NCBI GenBank assembly: GCA_965644295.1
Contig: CBFFRP010000049.1
Coordinates: forward strand, 1-64,000
From: Paraphysomonas bandaiensis
Taxonomy: Eukaryota; Protista; Chrysophyceae
Direction: 5' to 3'
Length of the DNA: 64,000 nucleotides
In this document: piece by piece, positions 47,426 to 59,080 of the stretch
How the letters are laid out: every line of letters starts with the position of its first letter
How positions within the stretch are numbered: position 1 is the first letter of the stretch
Made by a program: the position numbers and the translations under genes
The notes under the pieces: generated by a model
Seen by the model: only the letters and a program-made list of their open reading frames with translations
What the model was told of the DNA's origin: nothing
Database searches by the model: none

Positions 47426-47632
47426 TGCCCCATACTGACAGCGTAACTAATCACTGCGTGTGCGGCCCTCCAGTGGGTGCTGCTGAGTGCAGCGACCGCG
47501 CACCTCTACCTATGTACACATTGCTCAGTTCAGCGGTTCCCCACTCGGGTTCTCACTGCATATTCAGTGATACCGTGTGATAATGATGTAGCTAGTTGGG
47601 TTCAGTAGGTAGCTAGCAAAAAACGTATGGGA
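47426..47632 (-). repeat. Inverted repeat B, right
   Basis: Reverse complement of 40837-41045. Confidence 0.95.
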
Positions 47633-47698
47633 CTTAATCAAGTATTAGTTAGGTACCCACCCGGCTCTACCTAAGTACGCGCTCAGAATGGAGCAAAC

Positions 47699-48310
47699 TT
47701 ACCCAAATTAAATCAAATTTGACACTTATTTAGTTTATTAATCTTCTAGACAGGAATGCTAAGGCAAAGGCCTACAGTTGACTACCTAGAGCATTTGTTT
47801 GCTCAATAGTGGTCTACAAAAGATCTGTAATTTGAGGCAATTGTGTAGCAGCACTTTCTTCTTCATTTGTCACTCTAATATCATGTGTATACCTTAACAT
47901 AACTACCTCAGAACAGTACTGGAACTGCGTAAACAAAGAAGTATGTGGTAGTAGTGACACAATTTTCATCTACTGAAGCTAGCAATACATACAACTGCTG
48001 ATTTCTTTCCTGCTAGACCTTCTAAATCTATGAGACTATAGATGCATATTGAAGTATATATCTGAGTATCTCATTTCTATACCAACCGCTTAATATGTTG
48101 TGTGTGACGCCTATGATCAATTACGTTTCCTCAGGCATTTTCTTTTAAGCATTGGAAACTGTGTTCCTCGGGATTAGAAAACGTCACACACATTGAAAGT
48201 TTAGTCAATTTTTCGTAACGGGTCAATCCGCTTCATCATGATAACAAGGTACTTACCTTAATATCCAATATCAAATTCTGGACTTTGAGCTCAGCTTTTC
48301 CATGTTCATA
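47699..48310 (+). repeat. Direct repeat A, copy 2
   Basis: Near-identical to 40262-40836. Confidence 0.95.
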
Positions 48311-48744
48311 ATACGTGCACTAAGACCAGCCGATACATACTCTGGGAGTAAACTGCACTATAATTGACACCATATGCATTCATCAGTACATATCTGATAT
48401 GTTTATACTTAATTTATGACTATCTGAATGTCATAATGAAGAATTCGCTATAGCAAGAAATTTCTGATTGGAATCAAGCAAGAGGTGTAACTGCTGTTGT
48501 GAAAAAGGTATTTTTATGTGGAGAATTCGATATAAATCCCTATTTTGTTGTAATAACCATGTATTTGCTTTGACAAAGTATAAAAACTGGGTATTTTCTA
48601 CCTTAGTATATATAACGTACTGCTGTATATATACTACATGGCTCTGCTTGTTGTATGTATACTCTACATGCACAGCACTCTATACGTACATGTATAATAT
48701 GTATAGTATACCGGTATATGTATATATGCATATGTATATACTCA

Positions 48745-48905
48745 TACGTCTCGGCATCCTTTGTATATTTTTGTTCAAAGATGCCTCTAATATTGAGATA
48801 ATAATTATCTGTATTCCAGTCGTAGTTGTATCTCAGTAATATAGAAATCTCAGTAAAATATTTGCTTCAATTTATTTTCGAAAAATATGATGCAGTCTGC
48901 CGATG
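48745..48905. repeat. Dispersed repeat 'C', copy 4
   Basis: Highly similar to 41664-41807. Confidence 0.85.
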
Positions 48906-49029
48906 CGTATATAACACCCACACATACATACACACGTACATACATACATGTCTATATAGCGTAACATCACAATCACCTTAAGAAGAAAGAGTTGAATAAC
49001 CCTATCTCTATATTGCAATATAAGTGATC

Positions 49030-49714
49030 ATGGATGATGATGTAATTGAAATCGGTGAAGGTGAGACTATACATACATACATACACATACACATACACAT
49101 ACATGTATAGACTGACAGTCATATACATACATAAGTATAAGTGATGGAGTGTATGTATATACAGACATATGCTCAACACACACACACATACATACATACA
49201 TACAGTCATACAGTCATATATATATATACACATACACACATACTCGTATATATACATACTCATATATACTTACTCGTATATACACATACTCTTTATTACT
49301 TTTATATAATTCTTATTATGATATACACATACAGATGGTGCCTTCGACATCCCATCACCAGAAAAGGTAGCCCCTAAAGTACAGCCTGCACATGTCTCAA
49401 GTAAAGTGAAAGTCGAGAGCTCTAATGTGGATACGGATACGATAAGCTCTGAACAGATATTGGAAACTGTTCCTAAAGGGGAGTATAAAGTATTTTCTAA
49501 TGAAAAATCAAGAGAGGTACATATTGTTTTACACTTACTTAATGAGGAGGCACCCAGTGACATTAAATTGCTGTCAAATGAGTTGCGGGTGTCATTTAGT
49601 GAAGCCAAGTCATTCGTGATCGATGTATCTTCCCTTGGAGTTGATCCAACAAGTGCCCATGCAACCCACTGGAAAGATTTTTTGTCATTCCGTTTTGCGA
49701 AACGTAGTCAGTAG
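49030..49714 (+). CDS. Small protein, possible CS/HSP20-like beta-sandwich (2 exons)
   Basis: Exon 49030-49060 (MDDDVIEIGE) splices via gtgag...acag to 49335, in frame with ORF 49406-49714; beta-strand pattern EVHIVLHL...ELRVSF..VDPTSAHA..FLSFRF. Confidence 0.6.
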
Positions 49715-50257
49715 GAATGCCTGAAAGTGGTTAAGCTAATAGAGAACACTGAGAGTTGCATGAAACGTTTTACCCTGGCGTCGCTAATACGTGCACATGT
49801 TTAGAAATTAAAAATTGAAATTAACCCAGGTGTTAGTAACTTATATGCACGAAGTAAGAGTAAACAAAACTCTCGACTAAGCACAGTGTCTATTCCATAA
49901 TATGTGATGACCATCCTAGCACAAGATTATAGAAGCGTGTAGCTCTAATAAAGAATTGATCACATAAAATCACATAAAAAGTGAGTAAAGTGTACAAACG
50001 GAAAGAATATTACTGTAGATAAAAAAATACTGATTTAGAAAATTTAAGTTATTCATTTCGAAGTTCAATATTCGAATAACACGACAACATGTATGATATA
50101 TGCTACATACTAAACATAGAAACATAGTACTGTGGTCCTATTCAAAAGGAGTTTTTAACTGTAAAGTCTAGTAAGTTAAGATATATAACTACGACAGTTC
50201 GCTGCTGATTACTTACACGTATTTTAGACAGTGTAGTTCATACATTGTTAAACTTAG

Positions 50258-53200
50258 AAATAAGATTTAAAGTTAGTCTTAATATTTAGTAAGAATATAC
50301 TTGATATTATTAGAGATAAAGATTGAACGATAAGGCCTAATAGTATAATAGCAAGACACGTTTGAGCAGAGCGTTAGCACCACACACATGTGCGTATCTT
50401 GTACAGTCGCGTATCATGTATAGTTTGGTAATTATTCAGTCTATTTGGTATTTCATTGTATATGTGTGTTGTATTCACGCGTTAAGAGATATACGTGATT
50501 CAATGACTCCTAATACTCCCCCTCAATGAAATAATCATATGGCGTATACATTGATATATGGATATAGGTGTATATATTTGGAGATAGTTCTACTGAGGGT
50601 AAAACCCACGAGTGCAATCACAGATTGTGGATTACACTGATGTCAACATACAGCGTACTCGTGGGAAACTCCGTAGATCTCTAAGTCATCCATCGTGGTC
50701 TCTTGGTTGAGTTCTCTGCCGGTGGGATAGATACTTTTGTTCTTTTATTACTAGCAGGTATGTTGATACCTCCCCCCCCCATTAGTGAATCCCGCAATCT
50801 GTGAAACGTGTTTGATGTGAGGGGTTTAGTTAGAATGTCGGCCAGCATCTCGTTTGTAGGCATGTAATCAACAATAATAGAGTGCGATGCGACTTGTTCT
50901 CTTATGAAGTGATATCTGATGGCAATATGTTTTGTTCGTCGGTGGTGTACGGGGTTTAGGCATAGTTGAATTGCACCTTTGTTGTCACACCATATGGTTG
51001 TTGAGTATGGCATGTGGAAGCCCAATTCCGAGAGTAGTGACCGTAGCCAAATAGCTTCTTGACATGCTGTTGATAGTGCCATGTACTCCGCTTCTGTAGA
51101 GGATAGAGCTACAGTGGTCTGGAGTCGTGATTGCCAGGAAATGAGACAATTTCCAATAAAGAAGCAAAACGCTGTGGTCGACCTGCGAGTTAAGTTACAG
51201 CGTGCCCAATCACTGTCAGCGAATCCAGTTAAAGTAACAGACTTCCCGGAGTACTGTAGACCTTGATCGATAGTGCCTTTGAGGTACCTAAGTATGTTTA
51301 ATGCGGCTTTGCATGTAGTTAGATTTGGATTAGTACTGAAACGAGCAAGGGTGTTTACAGCATATGCAATATCAGGTCTAGTGCACACAGCAATATACAT
51401 AAGTGAACCTATGAGCTCCTTGTAAGGAAAATTTTGGACAAATTCTTGATTTTCTTGAGATAGTTGTTTCTTTTCGAGAATGTCTATATGAAAATTTGTT
51501 GTCATGGGGTGACTACGTGGCTTGCAATCTTCCATGTTGAATCTGTGGAGTAGGTTCCGTATGTATTGAGATTGATTTAGTGTCGTAGTTCGATTCTGTA
51601 TATCCTGTTTGACGAATATGCCGAGGTAGTAATCTAGGAGGCCGAGATCATGAATGTCGAATTTTTCAGCTAACGAATTCTTGATTTGGATGATGTCAGT
51701 CCTACTTTTACCGGCGATAATGATGTCATCGACGTAAACTGCCAGAATTATGGGTCGACCATTGATTGATTTCGTGAATATGCACGGGTCGGACACTAAT
51801 CTGGTAAAACCACAGTCTAACAAATAATTAGTACAACATTTATACCAATTTAACCCGGACTGTTTGAGTCCGTATATACTCTTTAGAAGTCTGAGGACTT
51901 TACCGTTTGGAACATTGAGACCAGCGGGTGGATACATGTAAATTTCCTCTTGGAGGTCTGCATTGATGTAAGCAGTAGAGAAATCTACCTGGTGAAGCTC
52001 CAACCCAAGTATAGTTGCTAGTGCTATGACTGTTCTCATTGATGTGGCCTTTGCGACTGGGCTGTAGGTTTCGTTGTAGTCTTTACCCTCGACCTGGGAG
52101 AAACCTTGAGCCACTAACCTCGCCTTGAAGGTAACCTCATCTCGCTTGACCTTTACCCTAAACACGAATTTTCCCCTTATAATGTTGGAATTTGCTGGTG
52201 GTGTCGTTATCCTCCAACAGCCTTTGCTCTCTAGAGACTTGATTTCTTTGTTGATGGCTTTCAGCCATTGTTCCTTGTACCTGCCTGATAGTGCCTCGCC
52301 AACATTGTTAGGTGTGTTAGGTACATCATTGCTACATGTGTCATTTGCATGCATAATGATGTCAACATCATTCATGTATAATGTTCTGTAACTATCATGT
52401 TTATCAGGTGTTTTGTGGTTGTACAAATATCTTTTATCAACATCACAGTGGTATATATTATCACCGAATTTGTGTACATTCATGATTACCCTTTTCCTGG
52501 TCTGCCTCTTGCTGTGGAGACTTTTCTTTACGCAACGGCTCACCTTGTGTCGGTGGGGTGTCCTTACACCCGTAATTGTGCCATCCGGGCTTTGCCGGCT
52601 CCTGTCACCCTGGGAATTCACAGTCTTGATAGCTCGTTTGACCTTACGAGCAGGGTGATTACGCTTGTTGTCACCCCGTGCCTCCTTCGGCACTGTATTC
52701 CGCTGAGCTTCTGCTGTGCGGCGAGGCCTTGCCTCCTTTTCATTTGAGTAGGGTCCTCTCAAATGGCTGTGACTCCCGCCCCGTGTGGCGTCATGACGGC
52801 TGTCGGTTGAACTGCTCCTCCCTGGAGCTGTTCCTTCCACGGGGCATCCTGGTTCCTCTTGCGGGGGTGATACCGCGTTCTGATAACTGAAGTGCTCGGC
52901 GGTGTATCTTTCGATGTCCGCAGCGTGTATTGGGTCATTTAACTCGATGACTCGCCCTTCATTTTCTCGTGGGGCCAATCCTCTGTAAGCAGCCACGTGG
53001 CCTTTGATGACTGTGATTCTTGTCGTGATGTATTGGAGGCCATCCTGTGGATCTGTGTGGGTCATTCCAACGAGGTATTGGAAGCTCTCGGTTGTTCGAT
53101 TCTCTGAATTTTCTTCTCTCAGTGATGATTCGATTTCAGCGTAGTAGTTTTCCTTGACGTCGGGGATGCACTCATTGAAAAAGACGTGACTTGAGATTAC

Positions 53201-55885
53201 GAAGTCCTTGAGTGAAGGTACATATATGACGTACCCTGGTCCATCTTCTCGGTATCCCATGAAGTACCCAATATGGCTATGTGGAGACCAATCGTTTCTT
53301 CTCTGAGACTTGTCTATGAATGTATGGCATTTGCAGCCCCAAATCCTGGCGTAAGATAAATCGGGGGCCTCGTCGTGGATGAACTGATACGGTGATATGA
53401 ATCCCTTTGCAGTGGCGCATGGCAGGCGATTTTTCATATGCGTGACGGTGGACATAGCCTGTTCCCAGAAGTTGGGTGGTAGGCCCGAGTTGCAAATGGA
53501 TGCAAGCGTTCTTTCCTTGGTCGTGCGCCATGGTCGTTCTTGTATGGGGTTGTCTTCTGGCGTGTATGGAGCGTTGAAGGTCCAGGTTGATCCTAATTTT
53601 CTCAGCAAGTTCAGTACACGATGTGATACTAGCTCACGGCCACCATCAGCATGATAGTGTATTAGCCGTTTGCCTTTCGAATGCAGATAATCCACAATTT
53701 TCTGAATGCACTCAATAACAAAATCCTCGGTTCTGTGTTTTCCATAGAATGTCCAACTGTATCTTGAAGCTGCATCGGTAGCTCCAAAGACTACGGTGTT
53801 TCCTGTGACTATTGCTGGAGGTGAAAATGGTCCAGTAAAATCAGCTGCTATAAGTCCTCCAAGCTCCTGCGATCTTCTGGTTTTTGTCGGTATCATTTGC
53901 CTTGTCTCGCGCCTATGTTTCCTCCTGTGAGCCTTGCCTTGTGCGCAGCCATCACAAAGACCTTCTGGTAGCTGTGGCGAGCTCAGGTCGGATTTTGAAA
54001 TAGTGATTCCTTTCACAAGATTCAACTTTAATGCTTTTTGAATTAAGCCAATGGATGCGTGGGTCAACCTTCGATGTGCCAGGGAGATCGAGGAACCGCT
54101 TGATGTAGATGCCAAGTTGCACTGGTCTTGGATGTAACCTAAATCGGATAATTTGATCTCGTATAGACCGTTTTGTTTCCTGGCTGTGGTTAACAAAATT
54201 CCATCGTGGTATACGCGTGCCTCGTTTGGTCCGAATATAATATTGCAGTTGGCGTCTGTTGTCAACTGGCTGATGGAAATTAAAGTCTTTGACGCGTCTG
54301 GAACTAGCCTGCACTTGCTAATCAGTCCAAGCTTGCCGTATCCCAATGCCTGCATTTCTGATCCTGATTTGGCGGTGTAAATTGTGGTTTGATCGTAAGT
54401 GAATTCGGAGAGTAAGCTTCGTGCTGCTGTAATTGATATTGTGCAGCCAGAGTCTAGAATGCCAAATTCCTGCTTCTCGTGTTCCGTATGTAGGACGTGG
54501 TTGTCTGTGATCATCCCGGAGAATGCACTGTAGTCATTGTCATCGTTTGGCCCCTCATCGTCATAGTCTTCCAGTCTTAAGTTCGAATCCCGATGACTGT
54601 TTCTTGGGTATTTTGATGATGTGTTCTTGGAGTGATGCCCTTTCCCTCTTTTGTCGTCGTTTCGTTTGTTTGTGGACTTCTGCATCTGTTGTATGTGTTC
54701 CCACGAGTGCTTGCACTCTGCTGCAATGTGGTTGGATCCATTGCATATGAAGCACTTAACTTCGCGCGAGGCTCTTGTGACTTTGCTGGGCTTGTTGAAT
54801 TTCTTCTGTTTTCGCTGCCCGTTGTTGTGCTTCTGCTTCTTCGGTAGACGGGGGTTAAACGGCTGTTTGCCTGTTGAGCTGTAGTTTGCGCTGTCCCGTT
54901 TGGTTTCCGTATTTTGTGATAGTAGGGAGCCTACAGTGGAATGCTCGAATGCTCTCAATCTTCTTATCAGCGTTTTATAATCATCAATTGGGTTCATTTG
55001 GAGGTTGATTGCCAGGTCCTTATAGGTCTGGTTCTCATTTGAGACCATCCCTTGTCGTATTCTTGAAATAAGGTCTTGTTCAGAGACTTTGTGGCCATGT
55101 GTAGCGAGCTTTAATCGCAATTTTTCGACTTCGTCCAGGAATTGATTGATTGTTTGAGCTTGCTTGATTTTGATTGATTGCAGTTGGCCAATGAGGTCGG
55201 TTATCGTATCATTTGAGGTCTTGTCTTTGAAATGCTTTTCGATCTCTGACCATGCCCTTTTTCCATCTCCTTCAGGGACTGTTTCGATAATACCCTCTGC
55301 TTCCTCGTTTTGGCCAATCACCGCGCTGGATAGAAGTGACCATAGGTAATTGTTGCCCTCCTCGAAATACTGCATATTTTCGTCGTAGGCGTTTTTCCTG
55401 TATAGGTAGTCCTCTTCTGTTTCTTCCTCTTGACGTATAGGCTCCTCTGGCGCATCGTTTCTTAGGATGTATACTATCTTAGGCTTACGAAAGAACCAGG
55501 CTCTACTTTTCTTCTGCCATTTTGAGAAGTTCTTGGCGTCGAAGGGTGGCATGGAATCCTTCCTCTTGTCCGATGAGTCGGAGTCGGAGTTATCGTAACT
55601 GTTAGTCTTAGAACTCATCCGCTGCCAAAATAAGATTTAAAGTTAGTCTTAATATTTAGTAAGAATATACTTGATATTATTAGAGATAAAGATTGAACGA
55701 TAAGGCCTAATAGTATAATAGCAAGACACGTTTGAGCAGAGCGTTAGCACCACACACATGTGCGTATCTTGTACAGTCGCGTATCATGTATAGTTTGGTA
55801 ATTATTCAGTCTATTTGGTATTTCATTGTATATGTGTGTTGTATTCACGCGTTAAGAGATATACGTGATTCAATGACTCCTAATA
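50258..55885 (-). mobile_element. Intact Ty1/copia LTR retrotransposon (Copia-C, related to Copia-A)
   Basis: 258-bp LTRs at 50258-50515 and 55628-55885, identical by eye; TSD CTTAG (50253-50257, 55886-55890); PBS TGGCAGCGG; PPT TTGAGGGGGAG; termini TATT...ATTT. Confidence 0.97.
50681..55618 (-). CDS. Copia gag-pol polyprotein, 1645 aa
   Basis: CFICNGSNHIAAEC, LDSGC, AHRRLTH, YHADGG...PEDNPIQER, FKARLVAQG, YVDD, DSDWA, ADILTK. Confidence 0.97.
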   Translation of the reverse strand: MSSKTNSYDNSDSDSSDKRKDSMPPFDAKNFSKWQKKSRAWFFRKPKIVYILRNDAPEEPIRQEEETEEDYLYRKNAYDENMQYFEEGNNYLWSLLSSAVIGQNEEAEGIIETVPEGDGKRAWSEIEKHFKDKTSNDTITDLIGQLQSIKIKQAQTINQFLDEVEKLRLKLATHGHKVSEQDLISRIRQGMVSNENQTYKDLAINLQMNPIDDYKTLIRRLRAFEHSTVGSLLSQNTETKRDSANYSSTGKQPFNPRLPKKQKHNNGQRKQKKFNKPSKVTRASREVKCFICNGSNHIAAECKHSWEHIQQMQKSTNKRNDDKRGKGHHSKNTSSKYPRNSHRDSNLRLEDYDDEGPNDDNDYSAFSGMITDNHVLHTEHEKQEFGILDSGCTISITAARSLLSEFTYDQTTIYTAKSGSEMQALGYGKLGLISKCRLVPDASKTLISISQLTTDANCNIIFGPNEARVYHDGILLTTARKQNGLYEIKLSDLGYIQDQCNLASTSSGSSISLAHRRLTHASIGLIQKALKLNLVKGITISKSDLSSPQLPEGLCDGCAQGKAHRRKHRRETRQMIPTKTRRSQELGGLIAADFTGPFSPPAIVTGNTVVFGATDAASRYSWTFYGKHRTEDFVIECIQKIVDYLHSKGKRLIHYHADGGRELVSHRVLNLLRKLGSTWTFNAPYTPEDNPIQERPWRTTKERTLASICNSGLPPNFWEQAMSTVTHMKNRLPCATAKGFISPYQFIHDEAPDLSYARIWGCKCHTFIDKSQRRNDWSPHSHIGYFMGYREDGPGYVIYVPSLKDFVISSHVFFNECIPDVKENYYAEIESSLREENSENRTTESFQYLVGMTHTDPQDGLQYITTRITVIKGHVAAYRGLAPRENEGRVIELNDPIHAADIERYTAEHFSYQNAVSPPQEEPGCPVEGTAPGRSSSTDSRHDATRGGSHSHLRGPYSNEKEARPRRTAEAQRNTVPKEARGDNKRNHPARKVKRAIKTVNSQGDRSRQSPDGTITGVRTPHRHKVSRCVKKSLHSKRQTRKRVIMNVHKFGDNIYHCDVDKRYLYNHKTPDKHDSYRTLYMNDVDIIMHANDTCSNDVPNTPNNVGEALSGRYKEQWLKAINKEIKSLESKGCWRITTPPANSNIIRGKFVFRVKVKRDEVTFKARLVAQGFSQVEGKDYNETYSPVAKATSMRTVIALATILGLELHQVDFSTAYINADLQEEIYMYPPAGLNVPNGKVLRLLKSIYGLKQSGLNWYKCCTNYLLDCGFTRLVSDPCIFTKSINGRPIILAVYVDDIIIAGKSRTDIIQIKNSLAEKFDIHDLGLLDYYLGIFVKQDIQNRTTTLNQSQYIRNLLHRFNMEDCKPRSHPMTTNFHIDILEKKQLSQENQEFVQNFPYKELIGSLMYIAVCTRPDIAYAVNTLARFSTNPNLTTCKAALNILRYLKGTIDQGLQYSGKSVTLTGFADSDWARCNLTRRSTTAFCFFIGNCLISWQSRLQTTVALSSTEAEYMALSTACQEAIWLRSLLSELGFHMPYSTTIWCDNKGAIQLCLNPVHHRRTKHIAIRYHFIREQVASHSIIVDYMPTNEMLADILTKPLTSNTFHRLRDSLMGGGGINIPASNKRTKVSIPPAENSTKRPRWMT

Positions 55886-56911
55886 CTTAGTACATATCTT
55901 ATTCATTCAAGTCATAGTTTGACGACATTTTCAATATATATATAATATACATGCTTTTTGTGGCATGATTACTTCTACTGCACACTTCCAAGAAGCAATT
56001 ATAATATTTCCTTACATCTTACCACACTTAATTCTATATTGATTACTTTTTACATTCATGCATGTGTGTAGAATACATCGTACATTCAAGTGTTTGAACC
56101 CACTTTATGTGGTCTACTGATTGTGAAGTATCCAAAAGCATAATGTTGTCAATGTGATGAACAATAGGTACACTTCAGCGGAATGACGTTATAACAGAGG
56201 TTATATCACAAATTTCGTGCATTCTGCAAGAATTGGATCAATGAAATGTGCTAACCTCAAGTAAAATCTGAATTAGAATATGTGAACTAAACCTCATACA
56301 TATTCTATTCCATATTTATGAAAGTTCTTTATTGGATTGTGAATTAAGCCGCCAAACTAAACATCAGAACACTATCATGCGCCACCTCCACACAATAGTG
56401 ATCTATACAGAGTAATACGGAGAGTTAGTCACTACATGAGCTGATGAGTCGTCGGTCTACTATTACTTTTCATTATCTCTATCTATTATTCTATAGAGGT
56501 AACCCCATTAAGTGTTTATAGATACTTACACGACAGTATCATACATATGCATATATATCTCCTCCATATCATTCTAATGCAAGAATAACAAGTAGAGAAG
56601 TGACACGAATGCAAAAGGAAATAAAATTCCTCAATATGGTTAAGATAATAATGTTCTAGTCATGATATTTCTATCATGCAGTGCTGCACATGCATAGAAG
56701 ACTAAGATACATGCATGGCTGCTATGACTATGCTGCTATCTGTAACATGCCTGCACATGGCTATAAATCTGTATGCTCCCCATCACTATATGCATAGTTT
56801 TTGATCAAATATCCTGATTTCTATATAAAACTCTCAATTTTACACCTTAAATATTCTAATTTTATGAATAAAATCTTTAATTTTTGGTTTTTCTAGAATA
56901 GAACCTTCAGC

Positions 56912-57065
56912 TACGTCATATTCACACTGTTAGCTGGACGTACGTACGTCATATGTTTACCTCCTCCATAATACCCCCTTTTTATATAAAACCACCTATT
57001 TTCAAATCAAAATACCTGATATATAGCAATAAGAGATTTCAAAACCCCTAAAAATATCTACGTCA
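56912..57065 (-). promoter_or_regulatory. Cluster of three TGACGT(A) bZIP/CRE-type motifs upstream of the cyclin gene
   Basis: ACGTCA at 56913, 56946 and 57060, each preceded by T. Confidence 0.4.
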
Positions 57066-57284
57066 GCTGACTGTTTAAATCATTCATAGAGATATCACGC
57101 TAACATACATACATACATACATACATACATACATACATACATACACGGCCCCACATACATACATACATACACACATACACACATAACCCTATTAACCAAA
57201 TCATCTTCTATCTAATCAAATTATAACTCTAATTTATATACAAGATCATCTTATTATGGTTTTATAATCATAAAAATCATTGAA

Positions 57285-58437
57285 ATGTTATCTAAAAACT
57301 CAAAATTAGAAAGAAAATCTTTTAATTTGGTAGAATCATACTCACAAAGTTTAGAGCATGATAGTCCGACATCGTCACACTCTCAATCACCTCTACAATC
57401 AAAACCAATACATTTATCATATTCACGTTGGAATACAAAACCATATTATCATATAGTTGATGATGAAACGATGAGTTGTATTGGTGTCCATATTGTGGAC
57501 ATGATTCAACGGTCAGAACAAGATGGGTATGAAGTCCCATTTAGATATCGTTTATTCTGTCGTGAAGATACCCCTCAAGCTCATCATCCAGATGTAAGTT
57601 ATTGTTATACAAGAGGGTTTTGTTTACTTATATTCCTTGTTTCTGTCACAGAGTAACTCCCTTGAGGCTGTTATGTTCCTATTAACAATTATACACCAAG
57701 AGAGCCAAATGGAGTACGAGTGCGTCTTAATCGCACTCATATATATACAACGCATTGTATCGTATACCCATAAAGATTTCAGAGTGTGTGCCTTGAATTG
57801 GAGGTACACTCTGCTTGTGTGTATGCTTGTAGCTAGCAAGGTCTGGGATGATTTTTCCATGAATAATGCTGACTTTGCAAATATATTTGATGGTATTTCA
57901 CTTCAATTTTTGAATCGCCTGGAGAGCTACCTTCTTGCAATATTAGATTTTGATATGATGGTGACGGATGAGGAGTTCAATGATGTTCACAAGAGCGTTC
58001 AGAGTAGTGTGAGTGCTTCCCAACGCTTACACGTACGTTATGACGATGATGGTGAAGTTCAAATCCAGAGAATGGTATTGGATTCCTCCTCTTGTCCTTC
58101 ATTTATTTCTGATAGTGTAAAGTCACATGGCTGCCGTGCTGCGGCTTACCATATAACTACTGAAGAAGCATGGCACTTTTACCCTGGCTCTTGCCCTCCC
58201 AAGGCACCCAACCCTCCTCCAGAGGGTTTACCAGCCGCCTGGACATACCACTCTCTCCGACGAGCACACCATCACCTTTCAAACATTATTACTGCGGTTT
58301 TTGATATGGTATCGTGTACTAATGGGGGCGATGCCATCGCTCAGGATATGAAAGTACACGTTGCTGCAGATTATCAAAATCTAGAGGCCACAACCTCGTT
58401 AGGGAGAGGAATAGATGATTCAATAGAGCGGTTTTAA
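57285..58437 (+). CDS. Cyclin Y-like (Pho80/P-type clade) cyclin, 2 exons
   Basis: Intron 57594-57651; ECVLIALIYIQR...NWR...MLVASKVWDDFSMNNADF...LNRLE..LL..LDFDM. Confidence 0.85.
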
Positions 58438-59080
58438 TTTTGAAACACTCTGCTGAATATACGCACTTCAAATTTTTTTAATTTACTTGTATTCATATTT
58501 GTTATCCTTTGCTTTCACCTTTTTGTGTTGACTAAGATATTATTATGCTTCTATTGTTTTTTACTATAAACTGCAGTTTTTATAACAGTTCTTGACTACT
58601 TGAGTTTTATGTTTTTAAAATATAATATGATCTATATATATTTGTATTATGAAATAAAAATTAATAAATAAATTATATATTATACACATAAGTGAGAAAT
58701 AAGATTATATTGAAAGTCTTATTATTAGCAATATAGCTATTAAGAAACAGCACCAGCTTTTAGTAGCTAGAGATGAAATCAGGTTTTTTGAGATCCTTAA
58801 GATGGACATCCCGGGTACTTGACTTCAGTAGGTTGCCCTTCAGGTGGGCCCATTTCCGGATGCTTGTTTATTCGTCAGGGCCCAAAGGAGTCTACACAAG
58901 TGACACTAAGTAACCGTTAATGTCCCTTGTACCACACAAGAATTCGGCTATGAGTGGGCAGAACAATATCTCTTATCTATTTGTGGCTCACATTAGTTTC
59001 CCGAAGAAACATCTCCGGTACTTATGTACTTGTCCCCCAGAACCCCACGAAAACGTGCGAGTCCGACTTTGTTGAGGGTT

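Noticed and set aside
40262-48310. Direct repeats A as LTRs of a retroelement or DIRS/Ngaro element
   Set aside because: No PBS, PPT, TSD, RT or tyrosine recombinase; the repeat order does not match split-direct-repeat elements
10238-55349. Short alternate-frame and antisense ORFs inside the three gag-pol genes and the kinase
   Set aside because: No motifs; expected shadows of long ORFs
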